The notes under the pieces are model-generated. The model did no database searches and had not been told where the DNA came from. It saw only the letters and a list, made by a program, of their open reading frames with translations. The translations under genes and the position numbers were made by a program. Of a DNA stretch of 64,000 bases, positions 39,301 through 47,860 are shown in pieces; position 1 is the first letter of the stretch; each line of letters begins with the position of its first letter. Origin of the DNA: Paraspadella gotoi (lineage: Eukaryota > Animalia > Chaetognatha); assembly GCA_051294375.1 (NCBI GenBank), contig JBJCIZ010000239.1, positions 4,593,834-4,657,833 of the forward strand, given 5' to 3'.

Positions 39301-39982
39301 TCAATTATTGTAATGAATTATTTTCAAAGAATTATTGTACTCTGAAAATACAGATGTAAAATTTATAAGCCTTTATAATATTTTTAAAAGGAAGATATGT
39401 AGCCATTAATGCCGATGACTTGGTCTAATTAGCTTGTGAGCCTGAAATTGCCGAGGTTCCCAGCTTTTTGAAAATATTGCCCATGTTTCGACACCCATCT
39501 CGTCGGCGTAAAAAATCGCGCGAGGGGAAAAGACAAAAATCGGGATAGAACTAAAGAAAATACCAAAAATCTTGTCTTCAGCCCTCAGAGCGTCGATTGG
39601 ATGACCAAAAAAAGCGATTTTTGCCGGTTCCTTGCCAGGCTGGCCAAGTATTGGTCTCAAACCATTTTCTCCACCCAAACAATCCATCCCTTTTTCCCCC
39701 GCTCAATTACCCCCCCCCCTTTCTCAACTCACAAACCTCAATGTAATGCATCACGGCGTTGGCCAATCCGTGGAACTGAACGAAGCTCCGCTCTCCGTCG
39801 AACGCCGGCGTCCTGGCGCGAAGGCGTCGTTGACAAGCGGCGCCGCCGAAGCCCAACGGACAGACGCAAGTGAAGGCGTCGGGAGATTCGGCGACGCATG
39901 TGGCGCCGTTGCGGCAATCGGCTCGCGCGCATGCGCCGCCGCCGCAGTCGCCCACGTCGATGCCGTAGAGGGCGTGGCCTTG

Positions 39983-40026
<44 letters not shown>

Positions 40027-40907
40027 GATATAATATTCATTGATGGAAAGGAGACAAAAATGAATGAACGAATTAATGAAAGAATAGATGATTGACATAA
40101 AAACCTTTGGGCTCGGCTCGAAAGTCGAAGGGCTTCCCGTCGACCTTCAACGATTTGACGCATCCGTTGAAGCCTCTCGACACGCCCGTCCGCTTGGAGA
40201 TCACGTCCGGGGTCCACCCTCTTCCTGCTGCTCCTCCTCCTCCTCCTCCTAGCGGCCGTCGACGAGCCATTCCGGCATCCGGCCCGCCCCCGACGTAGAG
40301 CGGACCCCGGAGAGAGACTTTGGTGAAGAGTCCGCGGGATCGGCCTCTGATTGGTGGATCCGAGTTGAGACGTAGCCAACCCTCGCGGCCGGATCTGAAG
40401 GGGGGGGGGTTGAGGAGGGGAAGGTTGTCAGGCGGAAGAAGGTTGCAAACTAGCAGAAGTCCGGTATAAATATTGTTAAAGTGTTTAAGAAAGATTATAA
40501 AAATAAAAATAAAGATTTTAAGCTTTGTCTTATGGTTGAGCGCATGGACACAATTTTAAATAATACGATTACTATATAAATTCAAAAATTTTTACATTTT
40601 TTACAAAGTTAGATATATTAAAAATGTAAATGATTTGTCACTAATAAATGGATATATCTATAGAAAAAATTTTAAAAAAATTTCAAATTTATTAAATGAT
40701 GATGATAATTATGATTTTGTAATTTTTTTAAAAATTTTTGACCTATTTATCATTGAAAATTGTAAAAGTTGTAATAATAATCTTTTTCTAACTTTTTGAT
40801 CTCTATCAGAATCCATTTAAAAAAAAATTCTTTACGAAAAAAAAATTAATAATTTTTTATACATTGTTAAATATTAAAATGCTTCCATTCCGTTAATAAA
40901 ATGAATT

Positions 40908-40939
<32 letters not shown>

Positions 40940-41636
40940 TTTTTTCTTCTCTTTCTTTCCTTCCTCGTTTGTCTTTTTATTTCTTAATATTTTCCTCATC
41001 CTATATTCTCATTTACATATTGTAGTAATTTCGTTTTCACAGATTCGGAAAAGTAAAAACTTAAAAACACGGTCTCTTTTACAAAAATCGTTCGCATATT
41101 TTTTTAATGCCAAACGAAAAAAGGTTTCTTTATATAACGATCGCTTTTTATTAACCTGATTCAGGTTTCAATTCATTTTTCAACATCGAAACTCGACACA
41201 AAAGCGTCCGAGATCGTTTTCTAATTTTAATAACGACATTCGACGCCTCGGCTTCACATTTAAGGAAGTAGGCATGGATTTCATCCGATTCTCTGATCCG
41301 GTTCCATTCCTGCGATGATAAATTCTAGTTATAGAATTTATATTTTGGAAGCACTTTATGTGCTTTTAATACTAATTAAGCTGTTAAGCTTAATAACCCA
41401 ATATGGTGAATAAAAGTGAAGATGACAATGATGATTACTAACATAAGAGAAACAATGAAAATATAGTAAAGACAATGAATTGAAAGAAAAAATGATAAAG
41501 TAAAAAAAAAAAGATGACAGAGACATCGGATGAAAACGACAACGACGACGATAATAACAACAACAACAACGTAATTACTCGGCCACGTGGTCTCGCCAGA
41601 TTAAAATGTCTCAAACCCCTCATAGCGAGAGAATGA

Positions 41637-41680
<44 letters not shown>

Positions 41681-42186
41681 GAAGAGAGAGAGAGAGAGAG
41701 AGAGTCATAATTACTGCGATACGCGTAGGCAGTAAAAAAAAAGACAAAGAAAACAACAACAGTAAAAAGAATCCAATTTATCAACGTTACTTTTTTTTCT
41801 TTTAACTACGTACCACAACAAAAACAACAACAATAACAACAACAACAACATCACCAACAACAAATATTTTCCTTCCCGCCGTATATGAAGAATAATTCTT
41901 TGTTCCATGCTTTATATTTATTAATCTTGACCGAATTTAAATGACCTCTCTCACCTTCAAACCTTGACTCCATTTAAACGACTTCTGACCTTTAAACCTC
42001 ACCTCCCTTTTTAACCTCTCACCTGTGAACCTTGACAAGGTTCCATCCTTTTACGTTGACCCGCGTCTTAGATCGAATCCGCGCAGCGCCGCCGCCGCAG
42101 TCGAACCGAAACTCGACGAAGCTGCAGAAAGATTTTTTTTGTTTTTGTTTCTGTTTTTGTTTATTGTTTATTGACTCAATTTTTTT

Positions 42187-42284
<98 letters not shown>

Positions 42285-43107
42285 TCCTTCCCCCCTCTCC
42301 CCCTCTTCTCACCGTCAACAACGACCACCGCAAAAGAAATCTCTCCTCCACTCTCTCTCCCTCCCATCTCCTTTCAAGATGGCGCCCCGCCCACGCCCAC
42401 TCCTCCCCCTCTTCCTCCCTCTTCCTCCTCCTCCTCCTCGTCGTCCCCGTTATACGCCAACACCCCGTCGATCCTCTCGTCCGGATGCCCCACCGTCGGC
42501 CGGAATTCCGCCGACAGAGTAAACTCTCTCTCGGCGTCTCTCGGCGCCGGAAAGGCGACGAAGGAAGCGCCGGAAAATTGCGGAAACGGCGTGTCGACGC
42601 CGACGTCGCAGGCGGCGCCGCCGAAGCCGAGCGGACACACGCAACGGACGGAGGCGGAGTTGGCGTTGGCCGAGTATTTGTTGGCGCGGCGAGAATTGGC
42701 GTAATTGGCGTAGTCTTCCCGACATTCCCCGCCGTTGACGCAGTTGAGGGATCGACAAAGCGGGGAGAGTTGTCGGGTCTTGTACCGACGACGGGAGGAC
42801 GGGTAGACTCGAGCCGACATGTGCGGCTCCGTCGGGCGAGGCTTGTGACGCTGTTGCTGCTGTTCCTTCTGTTGTTGCTGCGGGTTTTTGCGGCGTTGCA
42901 GGTGCTGCTGCTTTAGTCTCTGTCTCTTGTCGGGCCCGGGACGTCGGCTAGTCGGCCAACGAGGGGAGGAAGAAGAGGAAGACTCTTGTCGGCTCGCGTC
43001 GGGCTGCGGTGTGGGGATAAGGGCGGGGACGAGTTCGGGGATCGAGGGGATCAGAAGGAGATTGGGGATTCGGGTAGAGGGAATGGAAACGGTTTTTCTT
43101 TTGGTGT

Positions 43108-43139
<32 letters not shown>

Positions 43140-43955
43140 TATGATGATGATGATGATGATGTGATGATGAATGATGATGATGATGATGATAGATGAAAAC
43201 GATGAATTAAGACCAAAGTCTCGGCCGATAGGGGACGTTGTCGACGACGACGACGACGACGATGAAGACGACGCCGGATAGAGAGGAATGACGCTGTAAA
43301 TCGGCCGGACGATGGGCGGAGGCGACGCCGGTATTTTCGCCCCGGCGTCGTCCTCTTCCTTCTTCTTATCCGTCGACGCCGCTTCGGGGATGACGTCGTT
43401 CTCGCTCCACGGCGTTCCTTCTTCCGACGGCGCCGGTTTCGTTTTGGAGACGCCGTCTATGACGCCGGGTGGAATCGGCGCTGCGGGTGGAAGCGGCGCC
43501 GCTATTGGGCGGAAAGCGGCGTCGGGTTTCGAAGGGCGGAGGTTGGTGGGAAGAGCGCCCCCTGAGTAAGAGATTAAATGTTTGTAAATCACATTTGAAT
43601 AAAGTAATGTTATATTTTAAATGTTGGTTCTGTTCTTTGGCTTTTTTGGTTTTTTTTTTTGCTTTTTATTTTTATTGGTTTATTATATCATATTATTTTT
43701 TGAAAAATGATGGTTTTGATAAATGAGAGTTTAAATAAATATTTACTAAATCGGCTGCCTATTTAATATGTACTTTGTCTCTGAGAGAGTTTTGATTGAA
43801 AGCTTTCAGGAATCTGCTATGTTAGTATCTTGTCAGAGTGATGGAGGCCTTAAACCTTCAAAGCCTGTCAGGGGCAAATTAGCTAATTAGATAAACGAAT
43901 AAATACCTTTGAATTGGTTGTAACATTTTTTTTAAATTAGTAATTTGTATAATAC

Positions 43956-44015
<60 letters not shown>

Positions 44016-45691
44016 TAATACAATTCCTACCTGGAACCATTCCACCCGGCGCCGCTTTGGCGTCAGTTCCTTCGACGGCGTTCGGATCCAGAGTGACGGC
44101 GGAGACGGCTGCTGCTTCCGGCTCCGCAGCGGCGGCGTCGGAAGAAACGGCGCCGCCGCCGCCGATAAACGCGGCGTCGTTCAGAATATCCTCCTCGCCT
44201 CCGTTCCTCCCTTCCTCCCTCTTTCCTCCCTCTTCTTCTTCTCCGGTTCCTCGCAACACCGTCTCTTCTCCTTCCGGCGTCTCCTCGGAGTCACCCGGCG
44301 CTCTTTTTCCGGTCGGAGACGACGCCGCTTTCCACGAAGGACGCCGCGACGCCGTAGATGGGCGAGGCTCGTTCCAGAAACGGCGCTTGAGGGAGAGACC
44401 GGCGCCTATTTTTCGAAGGGTCCAAGGGGAACGGCGTCGTGGTCGGTCGGTCTGTCGGTCTTTCGTCGTCGTCGTCGTCGTCGTCGTCTTTTTTTCTCCT
44501 TCCTCCGATTTTTCTCCTATTGTTCTTACATTGTCGTTGTTGTTGTTATTATGTTCCTTGTTGTTGTTGTCGCATCCCGCGCCGTCGGTCGCGAGACGAT
44601 AACCGGGTCGACACGCGCAGTGAAAACTGGAAAAGAAGAGAAGTAGAAAAAAAAAGAAGCGTTTCTCATTTAATATAATTTGCATATTGCAGAGATTCGT
44701 TACTAGAGGATAAAATCTATAAAAAGGGTAGTTTATATTGTTTTTATCTAATGTCAAACCTTATCTTTGTCTAAATTTATAAAATGATAAGAGTTTTACT
44801 CCTTTCTTAACGAACTGTTTATTTTAATATTTATAATGTTTCTTCAAATTAAGATATATATCGGGGGAGAGAAAGAAAAATCCCTCTTTAAATTCAATTC
44901 TCAAGCTTTTTCTTTCTGGTCAAACTCTACTGTACAAAACCTCATTTGTACTATATTTGGCGCACCTGAGTGTGCAGTTTGTACATATTATCATTTTTTG
45001 ACAAGCTACAAAACGATGCGTGATTTGACATGCTTCAAGTTAAAAGTGACGCATGATCGGATGTGACATGATAAGATGTAACATGACCTGACACGACATG
45101 ACACGACATCTCACCCTTTCTCCTCCGGCAAATCGATGCAAATTTGATCGCAGGGACTAAACTCGAAGCATCTTCCCTCGAAGACGGGAACGAGGGAGAG
45201 GGAGGAAGGGAGAAAGAGGAGGAGGAAGAAGGGGAGGAGGAGGAGGCGGGGAAGAAGGGAGGAAGAAGAGGAGGAGAAGGTTGTTGTCGTTGAAGTGGAA
45301 AACTTGGAGAGAGATGACGATGAGGAAGAAGACGAGGACGAGGAAGAGGAAGAAGACGAGGAAGAGGAAGAGGAAGAAGACGAGGAATAGGAAGAGGACG
45401 AGGAAGAAATCCCGTTAATCCTCGTCGAAAGTCGAGGGGAGAAGATGAAGGAGAGGACCTCGTGAAAGACGTGGGGGATTAGAGGCAACCGATGGGGAGA
45501 AAGAGAGGGAGGAAGAGGGGGAGGAGGCGGGAGAGGGGGAGGAGTGGAGAGAGAGGAGAAAGGAGAGCCAACGGGAGAGAGAGGGAGAGAGAGAGGAAGA
45601 GGACGAGAGGAAGGAACCGGAAGAAGTGGAGACGTCGAGGACGATAAAGTGTGTCTTTCCTTGACGAGAGTTTCAAACGTCCTTCTACTCT

Positions 45692-45737
<46 letters not shown>

Positions 45738-46640
45738 TCTCCTTTCCTCCTTTTGGGTCATCGATAAAAACGACGCAGTCTCCGCCCCCGACGCGGCCGC
45801 TGTCTTCGCGGCAGCGGCCTCCCCGTGGAAATCCTTCCTCATACGGAGGCGTCCAGAGGCCAAGGATGTAATCGGAATTGCAGATGCCTTCGTCGTCGTC
45901 GTCCGCTTTGAAATGAATGATGGAAAATTCAAGGACGAAGAGTCTATAAAGGAGGAGGAGGAGGAGGAGGAGGAGGAGGAGGAGTTGGCGGTGTCGGCTG
46001 CGGCGGCGGTACCGCCACTCGACTCGATCGTAAAAACGCCTCGTATTCGGCTTCCGGAGGCGTGGTCCTTTCTATCGCGGGTCGACGCCGACGTGGCGGC
46101 GTCAACGTCGGTGCCGGAAACTGACGAGACGCGAGTATCGGCGTCGATGGGCGTCGTTGGGAAATTAGCGGCGCTTTTCAGAACGTTTGCGGCGTCGTCG
46201 TTTTCCTCGTCTTTCGAAAAATAAGGATGACTTCGATCGCTTATTTTTTTCTCTCTCGAATCACGAGTCGACGTCATTCCATTCGATTTTCGTTTTTTCT
46301 TCTTCTTTTTCGTCGTCGTCGTCGTCGTCTTTTTATTCGTCGTCTTCCTCTTGCATTCCAACGCCTCCGATTCTCTCGGGATTGATAGTTCGACGTCTGA
46401 CGTCACGATTGACGTCCGTCGTGACGTCAACGACGCCGGTTTTGACGTCGCCGTCGCCGCGGCGACGAAGCGGGGAGAATACGGCGCCTCCGGCGACGAA
46501 TTAGACGCCGGAGTTTCTCCAGGCGGCGCCGCGGGCGTCGGGATTGAGGCGGCGTCTAAGACAGATGGCAGTTTTCGAACGGCGTTGCGAATTGGCGCCG
46601 GATTGGCGCGAGTCGTTGGCGTGGCGTCGATGGGCGGCAT
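26918..46640 (-). CDS. EGFLAM: Pikachurin/SP2353-like extracellular matrix protein: EGF, low-complexity linker, then (EGF-LamG)x3; spliced
   Basis: Exons: 45115-46640 (..VFEGRCFEFSPCDQIC), 44031-44626 (FHCACRPGYRLATDG), ~42313-43561 (linker, EGF CVNGGEC..CPLGFGGAAC, LamG1 start; contains frameshifts), 42023-42121 (FVEFRFDCGGG), 40105-40394 (LYVGG..GFNGCV), 39737-39978 (EGF), 30971-31161 (GLVLYNG..GDFVSL..FDLGTG), 30109-30306 (LFLGG..FRGCV), 29214-29372 (EGF), 28298-28486 (FRT..GLLLWAG), 27471-27673 (GDFVYLGI..FNLGAG..NDGR), 26918-27197 (WHQV..LFLGG..GFVGCV..GRNVETCRV stop). The true start codon is uncertain. Confidence 0.88.
28184..28332. repeat. 64-bp tandem repeat (~2.3 copies) spanning an exon 3' end and splice donor
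   Basis: tacccacccgtcgcctctccggccct at 28227 and 28291. Confidence 0.9.
28650..28735 (+). repeat. Dispersed repeat; intact paralog of the sequence interrupted by the 32835-37054 element
   Basis: tgattggtcaatcagaagaaaagacgg..aaccatttggactatcagat..tttcctgcgatgata matches 32809-32834 joined to 37063-37133; the tail also occurs at ~41300. Confidence 0.8.
29618..29755 (+). repeat. Dispersed ~140-bp repeat (possible SINE or LINE 3' fragment), copy 1 of 3
   Basis: gagagagtcttgattgaaagc..gagtgatggaagccttaaaccaccaaagcctgtccaaagtcaggggcaa; also at 43780-43880 (+) and 59876-60010 (-). Confidence 0.8.
31285..31907. mobile_element. Foldback MITE (Tc1/mariner-like); related copy at ~40428-40900
   Basis: gcgcaataggccggaacaggttgaaaact versus right end (rc) gcgcagtaaggcgggccaaaattgaacact; internal ggattctgatagagc / gctctataagaatcc inverted pair is also seen near 40800. 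Confidence 0.6.
32835..37054. mobile_element. 4.2-kb TIR DNA transposon with 8-bp TSD (hAT- or P-like), carrying a cargo ORF
   Basis: Left TAAGGGGTTATCTTAGGCAA, right (rc) TAAGGGGTGAACTTAGGTAA; exact TSD GAAAATAC at 32827-32834 and 37055-37062; subterminal TAGGYAA motifs; excision restores the repeat seen at 28650. Confidence 0.85.
34752..36167 (+). CDS. Unrecognised protein (~470 codons if frameshifts are joined: ORFs 34752-35510, 35542-35781, 35676-36167)
   Basis: Non-repetitive ~50% GC block in very AT-rich surroundings; overlapping long + strand ORFs; acidic N-terminus with xDQxx pentapeptide repeats; splice-acceptor-like TTTATTTTAG ending at 34668. No domain recognised. Confidence 0.55.
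37310..37459 (-). mobile_element. tRNA-derived SINE-like element
   Basis: rc head GCGGCCA..TGGCCGC (perfect 7-bp acceptor stem) with T-arm CCGGG-GTTCTAG-CCCGG and A/B-box-like motifs, but no pairing anticodon stem; GC-rich body follows. Confidence 0.55.
37524..39313 (+). CDS. 2'-5'-oligoadenylate synthetase (OAS)-like nucleotidyltransferase with C-terminal extension and CaaX box; frameshifted in this assembly
   Basis: Exon 37524-37877: KYLTVPSDWAAEAEKAVLRVYEALKRHS..VGGLAKGTSTRLAADVDAVVY (hG[G/S]..KGT..DxD). Intron 37878-38098. Exon 38099-39313: GFDIDLV (third Asp), SDFCRDLARLAKYWSQ, GLSYIFELLAV, EEVPLL..PVNPFQNML, FSTAAAETLQR (OAS1 C-lobe-like motifs), ending KRKCQLL. Several 1-bp homopolymer indels. 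Candidate first exon ATG 32735-32762. Confidence 0.8.
39463..39678 (+). pseudogene. Partial diverged duplicate of the OAS-like gene (copy of ~38077-38330)
   Basis: Encodes MTKKSDFCRFLARLAKYWSQTIF; acceptor CAG changed to CAT; internal deletion. Confidence 0.8.
43780..43880 (+). repeat. Dispersed repeat, copy 2 (family of 29618-29755)
   Basis: ctgagagagttttgattgaaagc..gagtgatggaggccttaaacc..aaagcctgtcaggggcaa. Confidence 0.75.
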
Positions 46641-47219
46641 AATTATTACTTTTTTTATGTAATTAGTTGATCTTTTGTTTCTTTGTTTTTTTCTGTGTAT
46701 TAATTTCCGAGTTTAACTAGGTTGAGGTCGCTCGGGAGGAGAATTAATGTGTTTTTTTCGCGTTGCCTTTTGTTTTTTATTTTGCAGGTTAATGCCACGC
46801 CTTCTGAAAAAAAAAAGAGAATATTTAATAAATAATTGATTTTGTTTTCTTGGAAGATTGAATGAAGAATTATAGATAGGCATTAAAATAGATAGATTCT
46901 GATAGATTGATAGATAGATAATATAAAATATAGATAAGAAGATATAAAGATAGATAGATAGAGTAGACTAAGATAGATAGATAGATAGATAGATAGATAT
47001 GATAGATAGATAGATTAGATAGATAGATAGATAGATAAACAGAAGATACATAGAGATGTAAAAGAGAAAGGTCAAAAAAAGATATTAATAAAATAGAAAG
47101 GAAAAAGGGATAAAAGTAACAAGAAAATTAAAATTATACGCAATTGTAAGGAAAGGGAGTGAACGACAGTATAAAAAATACATAGATATGTTGTACGAAA
47201 TCAATGCATTTTTTGAGTA

Positions 47220-47860
47220 GAACTGACGATGAACGTTTTAAGCGACGGGAAAAAAAATCGAGCGATAAATTTACGACTTTGACGAAGATAGAGAACGACG
47301 TACGACGACAACGAGACGACGATGAAAGACGACGACGAATGAAGATGACGACGATGAAGACGACGACGACGACGACCACGACTGACGACGATGACGACGA
47401 CGGACGACAGATCGCACGACGTACGATGAGATCGACGACGACAACGATGAGGAAGACACGCGACGACGACAAACTTAAGGAAGACGAAAACAACGATGAG
47501 GAGACGAAGTGATGAATAACGATGAGGAACGAACGACGACGACAACAATGATGAGATAAATGACGACGACAACGAAGATACAAAACGACGATGACGATGA
47601 CGATGAGGAAGACGAAGACGACGACAACGACGATGAGAAAAACGACGATGACGACGATAGCAAAAGAGCAAATCGAAGCGAGAAAAATAAATGGCTTCGA
47701 AGCGGCGCAGGACAATGGAATTGACGTTGAAAATGTCGCTGAAGAATATGATGGCAACCAAGATGACAATGAAGACGACGACGATACGGACGTCGATGAT
47801 GACAATGAAGTTGATGACAATGAGGTTGATGACGACGAAGACGAAGATGACAAATTAATT
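47220..47860. repeat. Degenerate (GAC/GAT)n trinucleotide tract; similar tracts at 49600-49850, 52110-54030 and 61340-61640
   Basis: Direct inspection; generates many spurious poly-D/T/R/S/V ORFs. Confidence 0.85.

Noticed and set aside
26918-46640. Agrin, perlecan or eyes shut as the gene identity
   Set aside because: No Kazal/SEA/Ig domains or long EGF arrays; a single N-terminal EGF plus three EGF-LamG units fits pikachurin/SP2353 better.
42032-46662. Long + strand ORFs (294, 233 and 226 aa) as separate genes
   Set aside because: They are antisense shadows of the GC-rich EGF/LamG exons.
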